Shown piece by piece: positions 19,884 to 30,571 of a DNA stretch of 64,000 bases (its first letter is position 1; each line of letters begins with the position of its first letter). The translations under genes and the position numbers were made by a program. Location of the stretch: assembly GCA_965224025.1 (NCBI GenBank), contig OZ245033.1:4544001-4608000 (forward strand), in the 5' to 3' direction. The stretch is from Candidatus Multivorans sp. (GTDB lineage Bacteria > Acidobacteriota > Thermoanaerobaculia > Multivoradales > Multivoraceae). Under the pieces are notes generated by a model. That model searched no databases. It saw only the letters and a list, made by a program, of their open reading frames with translations, and was not told the origin of the DNA.

Positions 19884-20519
19884 ATGAGATTCGAGGAACT
19901 CGTTGCCGCGGTAGCCGACGAGCCGGTCTTCGAGACCGGACTTCTGCTGGCCGGACCGGGCGACCCCGGCAACGTCAGGCGGCAACTGTCGCGCTGGGTC
20001 CGCGGAGGCAGAGTCCAGCAGATGCGTCGTGGACTGTATGCCCTCGCGCCGCCCTGGCAGCGGCGCGTCCCGCATCCGTTCCTGCTCGCCAACCGTCTGG
20101 CGCCAGGCTCCTACGTCAGCAGTCCGGCGGCGTTGGCCTTCGCTCATGCAATCCCCGAGCACGTACCGGAGGTCACCAGCGTGACGCCTGGACGCCCGCA
20201 CACGCGGCAGTTGCCGTCGGGCAGGTTCTCGTTCCGCCACCTGAAGGCGGATCGGGTCTTCGGCTACCGGCTGCTCGATCTGGGCGGCAATCAGCGGGCG
20301 TTCGTGGCGACCTCGGAGAAGGCGCTGCTCGACTCCGTCTACCTGCAGCCCGGCGGCGACGACGCTACGTACCTGCGGGAACTCCGACTCGACTTCGGCG
20401 CCCTGGATCTGGACGCCCTCGACCAGACGGCGGCGCGGTACGCCGCGCCGAAAGTGACTCGAGCGGCCCGCCGCATCCGCGAGCTCGCCGCCGCAACGCC
20501 CGCATACGACGTGCTGTGA
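19884..20519 (+). CDS. abiEi: Type IV TA antitoxin, AbiEi-like
   Basis: QLSRW...RGLYAL, PGSYVS...ALAFAHAIPE, ATSEKALLD; stop overlaps toxin start (GTGA). Confidence 0.85.
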   Translation: MRFEELVAAVADEPVFETGLLLAGPGDPGNVRRQLSRWVRGGRVQQMRRGLYALAPPWQRRVPHPFLLANRLAPGSYVSSPAALAFAHAIPEHVPEVTSVTPGRPHTRQLPSGRFSFRHLKADRVFGYRLLDLGGNQRAFVATSEKALLDSVYLQPGGDDATYLRELRLDFGALDLDALDQTAARYAAPKVTRAARRIRELAAATPAYDVL

Positions 20520-21334
20520 AGGATCACCTGAAGGCGTTGATCCGCCGGCACGACCCGTTGCGGGCCCGCAACGTGGTCAGTGAGTACCTCCAGGCGCGCG
20601 CGCTCCGGGCCATGCAGGGCGCCGGCGCCATGACCGCGTTGGCGTTCCAGGGCGGCACCTGCCTGCGCTTCCTGTTCTCGCTGCCCCGCTACTCGGACGA
20701 CCTGGACTTCGCACTCGAAGGCGACCGCACGGCGTACGATCTGCCGAAGTACCTGAAAGCCATCCGGGCCGAGCTCACCGCCGAGAACTATCGCGTGGCG
20801 CTACGGATTCGCGAACACCGCACCGTGCATGGTGCCTTCACGCGCTTCCCCGGCCTGCTCCACGAGTTGGGCCTGTCTCCGCACCGCTCGGAAGCGGTGG
20901 CGATCAAGATCGAAGTCGACACGAATCCCCCGCAGGGGGCGGGCTGCGAGATCAGCCTGGTGCGCCGCCACGTGACGCTCAGGCTGTTCCATCACGACCG
21001 CGCCTCCCTGTTGGCCGGCAAGCTCCATGCCGTTCTGGAGCGCGGCTACGCAAAGGGCCGGGATCTGTACGACCTGATCTGGTACCTGAGCGATCCGGAC
21101 TGGCCCGCACCCAACCTGTCGCTGCTCAACGCGGCGCTTCGCCAGAGCGACTGGGAGGGAGACGAACTGACGCCCCGTTCGTGGACCGAGCCGGTCGCGG
21201 AGCGACTGAAGGCGATCGACTGGGGGCGGGCGCTCGCGGATGTCCGTCCCTTCCTGGAACAACAGGACGACATCGACCTGATCACCCGCGACAATGCGCT
21301 GCGCCTGCTCGCCAGGTCGGGTTCAGGCCGGTAG
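20516..21334 (+). CDS. abiEii: AbiEii-family nucleotidyltransferase toxin
   Basis: FQGGTCLRF...RYSDDLDF, KIEVD, AGKLHAVL.R...KGRDLYDL. Confidence 0.9.
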   Translation: MKDHLKALIRRHDPLRARNVVSEYLQARALRAMQGAGAMTALAFQGGTCLRFLFSLPRYSDDLDFALEGDRTAYDLPKYLKAIRAELTAENYRVALRIREHRTVHGAFTRFPGLLHELGLSPHRSEAVAIKIEVDTNPPQGAGCEISLVRRHVTLRLFHHDRASLLAGKLHAVLERGYAKGRDLYDLIWYLSDPDWPAPNLSLLNAALRQSDWEGDELTPRSWTEPVAERLKAIDWGRALADVRPFLEQQDDIDLITRDNALRLLARSGSGR

Positions 21335-21348
21335 CTGTCCGGCCGCGC

Positions 21349-22176
21349 CTACTTCCGCGCGGCCTGGCAGCGGGCGAATTCTCCGCCGACGCCCGGTAAT
21401 TCGTCCTCCAGCAGCGGCAACGACTCGATGGCTGGGCCGGCGCCGTACTGGCCGGCGGCGAGTCGGGCGCTCATGTTCGTGAAGGTCTCGAGCAGCGTCT
21501 TCGCGGTGCGGGGCGTCACGACCCCAGACCCCAGGCCGAAGGGCGGTTGCGGGTCGCTGACGGTCTCTTGGACGACTTCGACCGTTCCTTCCTGATCGCC
21601 AGGAGCGAGCAACCAGCGGCCGCGCATGCAAAGCACGCGTTTGCCCTTGAACTCTGGCGTCTGGTCGTCCGCGCCGACCATGTCGCCGATGACGTGGCCG
21701 TCAGCCGTGCGCCACCATGCGGCGCGGTCCATCGTGATCCGCCGGGTCATGCCCCTGCCGGAAACGCGCTGGCGGAGGGTCTGGAAGGGTGCGTCGAGGG
21801 GCGCCGCGGTTTCTTCCGTGCACATGGACTGCCAGTCGGGGCACGCCGCGGCATGGTCGAGGAGGGAGATGACGGTCGACATGGAGCCCGGAACCGTCAT
21901 CTCAGCCCGCACCAGGGGGTAGTCGGCATTCTCGATCGGGCAGGATTCGACGGTTACGGGACCTTCCGCTTCAAGGGGCTTGCATTCGGAGGCGGCTGAG
22001 GCTGGCGGGGCAGCAAACAGCACGAACGCAGCCACGGCGAACAGAGTCCCCAAACCGGCGCTTTGCGCCGGATGCGGGCCAGAAGGCCCGCGCACCCAGA
22101 AATACGGCGTTGCCGCAGCCGAATGCCCTGCTGCAACCGAATCGTCCTGCCGGCCCCAGGGAGTGCTGCTCTTCAT
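21349..22176 (-). CDS. Secreted START/SRPBCC-like lipid-binding protein
   Basis: Hydrophobic signal, then VRAEMTV...LLDH...PDW, MRGRWLL.P...VEVVQETVSDP; start uncertain. Confidence 0.55.
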   Translation of the reverse strand: MKSSTPWGRQDDSVAAGHSAAATPYFWVRGPSGPHPAQSAGLGTLFAVAAFVLFAAPPASAASECKPLEAEGPVTVESCPIENADYPLVRAEMTVPGSMSTVISLLDHAAACPDWQSMCTEETAAPLDAPFQTLRQRVSGRGMTRRITMDRAAWWRTADGHVIGDMVGADDQTPEFKGKRVLCMRGRWLLAPGDQEGTVEVVQETVSDPQPPFGLGSGVVTPRTAKTLLETFTNMSARLAAGQYGAGPAIESLPLLEDELPGVGGEFARCQAARK

Positions 22177-22180
22177 TGAT

Positions 22181-24235
22181 CTAGCCTCCAATCTCAGATT
22201 CCGGTAGAGCGAACGCGATGAGTTCATCCGGAATCCGGCGGTTGCGGGCACCGCCCCCGGCAATGACGATGTACTGCCGGCCATCGTGCATGTAGGTCAT
22301 CGGCGGACCGTGCAGCCAGATGTCGGTTTCCACTTCCGCAAGCACCTCGCCGGTCGCCTTGTCGTAGGCGCGCAGGATGCTGCGGCTGCTGGTGCGAGGA
22401 TCGTCCTCATCGCGCAAGGCAAAGAAGCCGATCAGCAGGGTGCGGGTGACGAGCAGGCCGCCGTCCGCCGGCATGCCGAAGTAGACGGTGCCCATGTCGT
22501 CCAGGTTCAGGTGCGCGATCGCCGGATGGTTCTTGGGGCCGGGACCAACCGGCACGCGCCATAGGTGCTCACCGCGATTCAGGTCGATCGCGGTAATCGT
22601 CCGGTAGGGCGGCTTCACGAGCGGCAGGCCCCGCGGTCCACTCGTGTCGACGTAACCGATCACGTAGCGCCAGTCCGGACGGCGGGCCCGATCCGGCTCG
22701 ACCAGCGACATCCCGGTCGGGCGGTTCTGCGACTCGACGAAGAGCACACCGGTCATCGGGTCGACGGACGCTCCGGGGTGGTTTGCCCCGCCGGCGGCGC
22801 CAGGCACGACCATCACGCCCTCCTTGCCGCCTTCGCCCTGGACGATCAGGGGCGGGAACATCGGCGCCAGCACCAGCTTCTCGGCGATCCTGAGGGCCTC
22901 CTCGCGCAGTTCGGGCGTCCAGTCGATCAGGTCGTCCTCGCTGATGCCCTGCCGCTCGAAGGCCGGCGGCTTGGTCGGGAACGGCTGGGTCTCCGACAGC
23001 TTCTCGCCCGGCACCGTGGACTTGTGGTTCACCGGCCGGTCCTCGATCGGCCACACCGGCTCGCCGGTCGCGCGGTCGAAGACGTAGGTAAAGCCGGTCT
23101 TCGAGACCTGGGCAACAGCCTTGATCAGCTTGCCGTCGACGACGATGTCGAGCAAGTTCGGGGCCGACGCGATGTCGTAGTCCCAGATGCCGTGGCGGAC
23201 GGTCTGGAAGTGCCAGACGCGTTCACCCGTGTCAGCGTCGACACAGACCAGGCTCTCGGCGAACAGGTTGTCGCCCGGCCGGTCAGCCCCGTAGTAGTCG
23301 TTCGAGGGCGTGCTCGTCGGCAGGTAGACGTATCCCAGTTCGTGGTCCGCGCTCATCGACGTCCACACGTTCGCGTTGCCGGCCGTCCGCCAGGACTCGT
23401 TCTCCCAGGTCTCGACGCCGAACTCGTCGTCCCGCGGGATCGTGTTGAAACGCCACTTGAACTCGCCCGTGTGGACGTCGTAGGCGCGCACGTGGCCGGG
23501 CGGTGCGTCGCTCCTGATCGAGTAGTCGAAGATCTTCGACCCGACGATGACGCTGTTGCCCACCACGATCGGCGGTGCACCGTGAGTGATGTGCCTGATC
23601 GCGTACTCGCCCGGACCGAGGTCGAGCGCCAGGTCGACCACGCCATCCTCGCCGAAGGCCCGGTCCGCCTCGCCGGTGGCGGCGTCGACCGAGACGAGTT
23701 GGCGGCCGATCGTGGCGACGAACAGTCGTTCCTTCTCGCCGTCGGTCCAGTACTCGATGCCGCGGGCGCCGACCGGCCGCATCGTGGTGCCTCCCCGTTC
23801 CCAGGTCTTCGGGTTGTAGACCCACTTCTGCTCGCCGGTCGCCGGGTCGAGCAACGCCACCTGGCCGAGGCTGGTCGGTGCGAACAGGCGGCCGCCGATC
23901 ATCAGCGGCACGGAGCGGTAGAAACCGGTGTCGTAGCCCGGCAACACGTCCAGCGGCACCTCGTGGTCCGCCGTGCGCCAACGCCAGGCGATCTCGAGCC
24001 GGCCGAAGTTCGAGCCGTCGATCTGAGTCAGCGGCGAGTAGCGGCTGGACGCGTGGTCGCCGCCGTGGTGTTGCCACTCCCCGTAAGCGGACTGGCCGTG
24101 CTTCCGCGTCTCCGCCCGGACCGGCCCCGCAGCCAGGGCGATCAGACAGGCGATGCCCAACGTCACAAGCCGGCGCACACTCCTCATGCAACCCTGCCTG
24201 CGGACCTTCGCGTTCGGCGTCATGGACTCTGACAT
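22181..24235 (-). CDS. PQQ-dependent (glucose dehydrogenase-like) quinoprotein
   Basis: SRYSPLTQID, PPGHVRAYDV, WHFQTVRHGIWDYD, PMTYMHDGRQYIV; start approximate. Confidence 0.9.
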   Translation of the reverse strand: MSESMTPNAKVRRQGCMRSVRRLVTLGIACLIALAAGPVRAETRKHGQSAYGEWQHHGGDHASSRYSPLTQIDGSNFGRLEIAWRWRTADHEVPLDVLPGYDTGFYRSVPLMIGGRLFAPTSLGQVALLDPATGEQKWVYNPKTWERGGTTMRPVGARGIEYWTDGEKERLFVATIGRQLVSVDAATGEADRAFGEDGVVDLALDLGPGEYAIRHITHGAPPIVVGNSVIVGSKIFDYSIRSDAPPGHVRAYDVHTGEFKWRFNTIPRDDEFGVETWENESWRTAGNANVWTSMSADHELGYVYLPTSTPSNDYYGADRPGDNLFAESLVCVDADTGERVWHFQTVRHGIWDYDIASAPNLLDIVVDGKLIKAVAQVSKTGFTYVFDRATGEPVWPIEDRPVNHKSTVPGEKLSETQPFPTKPPAFERQGISEDDLIDWTPELREEALRIAEKLVLAPMFPPLIVQGEGGKEGVMVVPGAAGGANHPGASVDPMTGVLFVESQNRPTGMSLVEPDRARRPDWRYVIGYVDTSGPRGLPLVKPPYRTITAIDLNRGEHLWRVPVGPGPKNHPAIAHLNLDDMGTVYFGMPADGGLLVTRTLLIGFFALRDEDDPRTSSRSILRAYDKATGEVLAEVETDIWLHGPPMTYMHDGRQYIVIAGGGARNRRIPDELIAFALPESEIGG

Positions 24236-24438
24236 CTCGAACCTTCCCCCACCGGCGAACGGAGCGAGGCACGCACCGTATCCCCCGGCTTCCTCGCCCA
24301 TCGAATGCGCTAACCTAGCAGCGTGCGCGGCAGGATGTTCGGCGTACCCTACCTTCTGCGGCGCACGCCCATACCGCACACCCACGAGGCATTGAAGCAC
24401 GAGCGACTAGAACAACTTTGGGGGAAAGGCAGGATGCG

Positions 24439-25776
24439 ATGCCTGAGCAAGAGATGACCCGCCGCAACGTACTCGGCGCCGCCGCCGGCGGCGCGGGCTG
24501 GATGATTGTCCCCCGCCACGTCCTCGGCCGCGGAAAGCCGGCGCCCAGCGACAAGCTGAACATCGGGGCCATCGGCGCCGGCGGCAAAGGCAGGAGCGAC
24601 ATCGAGGGCGTCTCGAGTGAGAACATCCTCGCCCTCTGCGACATCGACTGGCAACGCGCCGAGCAGGCGATGAACGCCCATCCCGACGCGCCGCGCTACC
24701 ACGACTACCGCGAACTGCTCGACAAGCACGCCGGCGAGCTCGACGCGGTCATGGTGTCGACCGCCGACCATACCCATGCCGTGATCACCGTCGACGCGCT
24801 CGAGCGGGGTCTCCACGTTTTCACCCAGAAGCCGCTGACGCGGACGATCTGGGAGGCGCGGATGGTCGGCGAGGCCGCCCGCAAGGCCGGCGCCGCGACG
24901 CAGATGGGCAACCAGGGCCACGCGGGAGAAGGCTCGCGACTGATCCGCGAGTGGATCGAAGCGGGCGTGATCGGCGAAGTGAACCATGTCGAGTACTGGA
25001 CGAACCGGCCGATCTGGCCGCAGGCGATCAACCGGCCCAAGGAAGTCCACGAAGTGCCGGAACACGTCGCCTGGGACCTCTGGCTCGGCCCCGCGCCGGA
25101 GCGTCCGTACCACTCCGACTACTACCACCCGTTCGCGTGGCGAGGCTGGTGGGACTTCGGCACCGGCGCGATCGGCGACATCGCCTGCCACGCGATGGAC
25201 GCCGCGTTCTGGGTCTTCGACCTGCGCGATCCTTCGTCCGTCTACGCCGAATCGACGCCGCTGTTCAAGGAGACGGCGCCGGCCTCGACCCGGATCACGT
25301 TCGAGTACCCGGCCCGCGGCAACCGCCCCAAGATGACCGTAGTCTGGCGCGACGGCAACCTGACGCCGCCGAAGCCGAAGGTGTTCGACGGCAGATGGCC
25401 GCCGGGCAGAAGCGGCCAGTTGTTCATCGGCGCCGAGGGAATCATCACGGCGGACATCTACGCCGGCAACCCGACGATCTACCCGACGAACCTGCACGAG
25501 AAGATCGCCAAGAACCCGGTGCCCCAGGCCTACGAGCGCACCGAGGGCCACTACCTGCAGTGGATCGACGCGATCAAGGCGGGTACCACGAACCCGGACG
25601 GCTCCAATTTCCCCGATCACGCCGGGCCGATGACCGAGACCGCGCTGCTCGGCAACCTGGCGGTCCGCTCGCAGCAGGAGATCGTCTGGAACCCGAAGAA
25701 GATGAAGGTGATGGGCGGCGTCGACGTGCCGCGGGAGTACATCCGGCCGACGTTCCGGGACGGCTGGCCGCTGTAG
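24439..25776 (+). CDS. Tat-exported Gfo/Idh/MocA oxidoreductase
   Basis: TRRNVL Tat motif, IGAGGKG, HVFTQKPL, WRGWWDFGTGAIGD. Confidence 0.9.
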   Translation: MPEQEMTRRNVLGAAAGGAGWMIVPRHVLGRGKPAPSDKLNIGAIGAGGKGRSDIEGVSSENILALCDIDWQRAEQAMNAHPDAPRYHDYRELLDKHAGELDAVMVSTADHTHAVITVDALERGLHVFTQKPLTRTIWEARMVGEAARKAGAATQMGNQGHAGEGSRLIREWIEAGVIGEVNHVEYWTNRPIWPQAINRPKEVHEVPEHVAWDLWLGPAPERPYHSDYYHPFAWRGWWDFGTGAIGDIACHAMDAAFWVFDLRDPSSVYAESTPLFKETAPASTRITFEYPARGNRPKMTVVWRDGNLTPPKPKVFDGRWPPGRSGQLFIGAEGIITADIYAGNPTIYPTNLHEKIAKNPVPQAYERTEGHYLQWIDAIKAGTTNPDGSNFPDHAGPMTETALLGNLAVRSQQEIVWNPKKMKVMGGVDVPREYIRPTFRDGWPL

Positions 25777-25820
25777 CGGAGGGCGGGCGCGAGGCCCGGA
25801 CGCCCGTGTACGTGCCAGAA

Positions 25821-25888
25821 CCCGGGTGCCGCGATCCGCGCCGCCCGTGAACCAGTCCGTGCGCCCGTCATCGGGCGCCCGGATGGAA
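25821..25888 (-). repeat. 68-bp double-hairpin repeat, copy 1 (intergenic, between convergent genes)
   Basis: Shares invariant core CACGGACTGGTTCACG and two stems with copies at 28706, 45774 and 52399. Confidence 0.85.
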
Positions 25889-25913
25889 GGCCGGCGCACC
25901 CGGTGTCAGTGCG

Positions 25914-26285
25914 TCAGCCGGCCTGCTGAACCGCGGCCACCGCGGCGTCGCGGTCCGGCACGATGTTGACGATCAGGCTGAAGCCGCTGACCTCGAACAG
26001 CTCCTTCACCTCGTCGTTCAGACCGCAGACGGCGAAGCGTCCGTTCTTTGCCTGCAGGGCCCTGGCGACCACCAGCACCACTCGAAGGCCGGCGCTGCTC
26101 ATGTAGCGCGTGCGGTTCAGGTCCAGGACGACATCCGAGACGCCCTCTTCGATGGAGGCCATCATGGCCTGCTCCAGGTCCGGCGCGCTCGCGGCGTCAA
26201 CACGCCCCTCGGGCACCCAGACCGCCACGCTGCCGGCCGTCGTGCCCTCGATCTTCGAATTTCCGATTCTCGTGGTCTCGATCAC
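25914..26285 (-). CDS. STAS-domain anti-sigma factor antagonist
   Basis: GRVDAASAP, VVLDL...YMSSAGLRV, VKELFEVSGF. Confidence 0.9.
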   Translation of the reverse strand: MIETTRIGNSKIEGTTAGSVAVWVPEGRVDAASAPDLEQAMMASIEEGVSDVVLDLNRTRYMSSAGLRVVLVVARALQAKNGRFAVCGLNDEVKELFEVSGFSLIVNIVPDRDAAVAAVQQAG

Positions 26286-26304
26286 ACTAATTGCTCTCCA
26301 AGTC

Positions 26305-26982
26305 TCAATAGAAGGGGTGATGGGCGGTCGCCGTCGCGGCGGCAATGTCCTGAACCGACTTCTGGATCGCCCTGCTCATTGCCTGGCCGATCAGGTCGAA
26401 GCCGCGGACCAACTCGATCCGCGCCGCCGCGTGCCGCAGTTCCTGCGCACTGAGAATGACCTGGAAGGCGTTCGAGGCGTCGGCCAGGCAGATCAGCGCG
26501 ACATCCCTCGGCGCCGGAATGCGGTCGCTCAGCAGCACATCGAGAATCCGAAGCTTGACCTCCCGCTCCTCCCGATCGGAGACGAGAGGATAGCGGCGGC
26601 TGCCAAACACCCACAGGAAGCTGCGGTCTTCGACGCGGAGGATCCGGCGCTCGACCAGGCGCTTGAGCGCCGCTTCCTGTACTTCCTTACTCCGGGCCGA
26701 GAGCCGGACCACCCAGGTGCGGGGGTCCGCCTCGTCGTCGGCGCCAGCGATCTCCGCCAGCGGACCGTCGAGGATCTCCTCGCCCGCCGGCGTCGCATCG
26801 ACGACGACCAGCTTCTGCAGGTCGCAGTCCAGCCGGCCGCGCAGCGCGAGGTCCATCAGGATCGCGCCCGCGATCAACAACTCCATCACGTTCGGCGCGA
26901 CTCTCTTCATCGCACCGGTGTCGTCGTCCAGGAGAAGGAGGAGAATCTCCTCGACAAACGTCAGGTGGGGGCTTTCAGTCAC
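26305..26982 (-). CDS. GPP34 (Golgi phosphoprotein 3-like) family protein
   Basis: LTFVEEILLLLLDD.TG, AGAILMDLALRGRL, FLWVFGSRRYP, PRDVALICL. Confidence 0.85.
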   Translation of the reverse strand: MTESPHLTFVEEILLLLLDDDTGAMKRVAPNVMELLIAGAILMDLALRGRLDCDLQKLVVVDATPAGEEILDGPLAEIAGADDEADPRTWVVRLSARSKEVQEAALKRLVERRILRVEDRSFLWVFGSRRYPLVSDREEREVKLRILDVLLSDRIPAPRDVALICLADASNAFQVILSAQELRHAAARIELVRGFDLIGQAMSRAIQKSVQDIAAATATAHHPFY

Positions 26983-27056
26983 TCGGGCTGTCCTGCGGTG
27001 GGTTGGTCGGCGCGCGACCGCTGACGCTCATCCTACAAGAAGGCATCCGCCCTCTC

Positions 27057-27573
27057 TCAGATCCCAGCCGTATCCACCTGCCCGCTCGGCGCCTTGCTGT
27101 CGCTGCTCACCGTGACCGTGAGGACGTCGGTGTCGTGGTACTGCTGATGCTTCACCGAGGACGCAAAGTGACGCGGCAGGCGTAGCGAGAGCTCGTGACT
27201 GGAACAGCGAGGAGACGATCACCAGCTTGGCGAGAAGAACCGGACCGCCCGCGCTCAGGGCCGCGATGCTGACCGCGATGAAGGCGCCGTAGGTACGCAT
27301 CAGCAGGATGTAGCCGGCCCCTATGCGCCACAGCCGTCGCGCCTGCAGGATCGTCGTGGTGCCGCTCACGAAGATCGCCCCGAACACCGCCCATCCCAGG
27401 TACTCGTCGCTGCCTCCGGCGGCGCGGACGATGATCGCCGGGATCAGCACGATCCCGGCGACGCACAGGGTCGCGTACTGGAGGCCCATCGTCGCGGCGA
27501 GCAACGTCGGCGGCATCTCGTCCGCCTGGTAGCGAACGCCCGCGGAAGGTCTCGTTGCGGCCGTAGCCGTCAC
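27057..27573 (-). pseudogene. Xanthine/uracil (NCS2)-like permease with large internal deletion
   Basis: N-terminal TM region (GLQYATL...SGTTTILQARR..IGAGY...SSLFQ) joined out of frame near 27198 to a C-terminal tail ELSLRL.RHFASSVKHQQYHDTDVLTV. Confidence 0.7.
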
Positions 27574-28655
27574 TCCTGGTAGAGGGCGGCGTCGGGCCGC
27601 CAGGGGGAGCGCTGACCGGCATAGACCGGCGATCCTTTGCGGAAGTGGGAGGCCTCGTCAAGGGTCTCCACGAAGGGCATCCGGCGTGGGTAGAGGTCGC
27701 CGTCCCGGGGTCGCGGCCCGGCCTTGGAGACATGACCCCAGAGCGGATGGCCGACCACCTCTTCCGCGATCCAGGCGGCCTCGATCAGCCTATCGAGCCG
27801 GTAGCCCGTCTCGACCCCGAGTTCGTGACAGAAGTCGACGAAATCCTCGGTCGGAACGTGACCGGCCGCTCGTCCGTTGCCGCAGTAGGGGCAACCTCCC
27901 ATGCCGCCGATCGAGGTGTCGAACTCACGCACGCCGAGCTTCAGGGCCTCGTAGTAGCTCGCGATCGAGGCGCCGCGCGTGTTGTGCAGATGGCAGTGGA
28001 AGTCGGTGATCTCCGGCCACCGCTCCCGGATCGCGAGGATCGTCTCCCGCACCTCGTGCGGCATGTTCCAGCCCATCGCCTCGATGATCGAGCAGCGGGT
28101 GACGGGAAGACCCGCCTGGCGCCAGCGGTCGATCATCAGCGCCAGCAGGTCGAGCCGCTGCTCGAGGGTGAACGGACCTTCGAAGTTCGAGCCGAAGGGA
28201 TTGCCGATCGCTACGGCGCCCGACTTGGCCCCGGCCGCGCGGGCCCGTTCGATCGTCGCCGGGATGCGCTCGATCTGCTGGGCCTGGGTCGCGTTGTAGT
28301 TGCGGCGGGCAAACGTGTCGCACAACTCGACGTGGGTGCCGATCCGGCGCTGCCGGACATCGAGCTTGGGATACCAGCGATCCGCGAGCTCGAACCCGAC
28401 CTGGTTGAAGATCGCGGCCGTGTAGCGGACACCCGGTTTGGGGACGAAACGCTCGGCGATCTCGTCGATGCATGCCATCTGGGGCGTCCACTTGGGGTGG
28501 GCGTAGGAACCGATCGAGATCACCTTGGCCCCGGTTTCGCCCAAGGCGTCGAGCAGCCGCAGCTTCTCCGACACCGGAATGTCGACGCTCTCGATCTGCA
28601 GCCCTTCCCTCATCGTGTCGTCCGTGATGGTCACGGACTTCGGCAGTTGGCCCAT
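27570..28655 (-). CDS. HMG-CoA lyase / DRE-TIM family enzyme
   Basis: DTMREGLQ, HCHLHNTRG, GGMGGCPYCG...GHVPTED. Confidence 0.85.
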   Translation of the reverse strand: MGQLPKSVTITDDTMREGLQIESVDIPVSEKLRLLDALGETGAKVISIGSYAHPKWTPQMACIDEIAERFVPKPGVRYTAAIFNQVGFELADRWYPKLDVRQRRIGTHVELCDTFARRNYNATQAQQIERIPATIERARAAGAKSGAVAIGNPFGSNFEGPFTLEQRLDLLALMIDRWRQAGLPVTRCSIIEAMGWNMPHEVRETILAIRERWPEITDFHCHLHNTRGASIASYYEALKLGVREFDTSIGGMGGCPYCGNGRAAGHVPTEDFVDFCHELGVETGYRLDRLIEAAWIAEEVVGHPLWGHVSKAGPRPRDGDLYPRRMPFVETLDEASHFRKGSPVYAGQRSPWRPDAALYQE

Positions 28656-28705
28656 CGGCAGATACCTCTGTCTGTCCTCGGATCAGGCTTCTTGTGGAAC
28701 GGGGA

Positions 28706-28773
28706 CCCGGGTGGCGCGATTCGCGGCACCCGTGAACCAGTCCGTGCGCCCTTCAGCGGGCTCACGGAGGGAA
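28706..28773 (-). repeat. 68-bp double-hairpin repeat, copy 2 (intergenic, between divergent genes)
   Basis: Same core and stems as copy 1. Confidence 0.85.
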
Positions 28774-28858
28774 CGGCTTACCCTATCGCCGGCAACAGCA
28801 GTTCGGAAGGCGGGTTCGTCTCGGTGACCGCGACCCGTCGCTGTGTCAGGATCCGCCC

Positions 28859-30571
28859 GTGCGCGATCGCCTACTCCCTTACCTGGCGCTCGGCGCGACC
28901 GCGCTGGCCGTCCTGCTGCCCGGCATCGGCAGCCGCGACCTCTGGAACCCGGACGAGCCTCGCTACGCCGAAGTCGCGCGGGAGATGCTCGCACCGCCGC
29001 TCGCCCTCGAGCACTTCCTGGTGCCGCGCCTGAACGGCGAGACCTACACCCACAAACCGCCGCTCCACTTCTGGAACATCGCGCTGTTCGGCGCGCTGCG
29101 CGGCGGCGTCGACGAGGTGGCGGCGCGGCTGCCGTCTCTCTTCGCCGGCGTCGGTTCCGTGCTGGTCATCTTCGCGCTCGCCGGCCGGCTCTTCGGCCGG
29201 GCGACGGCGTGGCTCGCGGCGCCGATCTTTCTGACTTCGGCCCTCGTCATGTGGAACGCGCGGGTCGGCCAGATCGACATGACGCTCACGTTTCTGGAAC
29301 TGCTGGCGATCCTGTTCTGGGCGCGGGGACACTTCGGCGCCGCGGACGGGCCGGCCCGGGGGCGGTGGACCTGGGCGAACCTCGCCTTCTTCGCCTGCGC
29401 CGGCCTGGCGACCCTGGCCAAGGGCCCGGTGGGACTGATCGTGCCCCTTCTCGTCGTCATCGCATTCCTCGCCTTCGAGCGCGACCGCGCCGGCATCGCC
29501 GAGCTGCGGCTCGGCCGCGGACTGTTGCTGTGGGCGGGCGTCGTTCTGGTCTGGTTCGGCCCCGCGGTTTGGCTGGCCGGACGGTCCTACTTCGACGCCC
29601 TGCTGCTCGACCAGACCCTGTCCCGCTACGCGGGCGCCACGTACCACCAGAAGCCCTGGCACTACTACTTCCAGACCCTGCCCGGGACCTTCGGCCCCTG
29701 GACGCTGCTGGCCCCGGTCGCGATCTACGCCGCCTTCCGGCGCTCCCGCGAGGAGCCGCGAAGTCGCCAGGGCCAAGCCGTCCGCTTCCTGCTCATCTGG
29801 ATCGCCGGCACCTTCGTGTTCTTCAGCCTGTCCGGCGGCAAGCGCACCGTGTACCTGCTGGCGCTGACAGCGCCCCTGGCGATGCTCACCGCCCACGGCG
29901 CGCTCCTGATCCGGGACCGCTGGCCGCGCTACCGGGCGGCGTTTCTGCTTTCGGCGGCGACCGTGCCCCTGCTGTTCGGATTCCTGGTCGCGGCGGCGCC
30001 CATGGCGGCCCGCGACCTCCCCGAAGGCGCGATCTCCGAGGGCACGATCGGGGAGCTCCAACTGGTCGCGGCACTGCCCGCTCTAGCCGGTCTGGCGGGC
30101 CTCTGGCTGGCGGCGCGCCGCCGCCCCGATCTGCTGATAGCCTGCCTTGCAACCGGCCTCGGACTCGCCATGTCGGCCACCGCCGTGCGGTTGCTGCCGT
30201 TGGGCGACGCCTTCAAGTCGGCTCGCGCCCTCTCGCGCCATCTGGCCCAGTGGGCGGAACCCGACGAGCCGTACGCGATCTACCCCGTTCCCGATGCCGC
30301 CTTCCTGTTCTACACCCGGCGCTTCGCGGTTGACCTCCACGGCGGCACCCAGGTCCACGATCAGGGGGACGAACAAGCGCTCCGCCGGTTCGCGGCCCGC
30401 ACCGACAAGCCGGTCTGGCTGCTCATCGAGCGGGACAACCTGGACGCTCTGGAGCCGCCGATCGGGCTCGTTGAAGTGAGCCGAGATCACGATCCGCGTC
30501 AAGGCCACGTGTTGCTGACCACTCCGGAAGCCGCCGCACGCGTGGCGGCATCCGCGAAAGCGCAACGATGA
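28859..30571 (+). CDS. ArnT/PMT-family (GT83) membrane glycosyltransferase
   Basis: PDEPRYAEVAREM, HKPPL, ARLPS, LAKGPVG, HQKPWHYY, KRTVYLL. Confidence 0.9.
   Translation: MRDRLLPYLALGATALAVLLPGIGSRDLWNPDEPRYAEVAREMLAPPLALEHFLVPRLNGETYTHKPPLHFWNIALFGALRGGVDEVAARLPSLFAGVGSVLVIFALAGRLFGRATAWLAAPIFLTSALVMWNARVGQIDMTLTFLELLAILFWARGHFGAADGPARGRWTWANLAFFACAGLATLAKGPVGLIVPLLVVIAFLAFERDRAGIAELRLGRGLLLWAGVVLVWFGPAVWLAGRSYFDALLLDQTLSRYAGATYHQKPWHYYFQTLPGTFGPWTLLAPVAIYAAFRRSREEPRSRQGQAVRFLLIWIAGTFVFFSLSGGKRTVYLLALTAPLAMLTAHGALLIRDRWPRYRAAFLLSAATVPLLFGFLVAAAPMAARDLPEGAISEGTIGELQLVAALPALAGLAGLWLAARRRPDLLIACLATGLGLAMSATAVRLLPLGDAFKSARALSRHLAQWAEPDEPYAIYPVPDAAFLFYTRRFAVDLHGGTQVHDQGDEQALRRFAARTDKPVWLLIERDNLDALEPPIGLVEVSRDHDPRQGHVLLTTPEAAARVAASAKAQR

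Noticed and set aside
19442-20515. N-terminal extension of the 630-aa ORF (likewise the 788-aa ORF from 1324 and the 607-aa ORF from 53249)
   Set aside because: The extensions overlap real genes in other frames; true starts are at 20516, ~2314 and 54224
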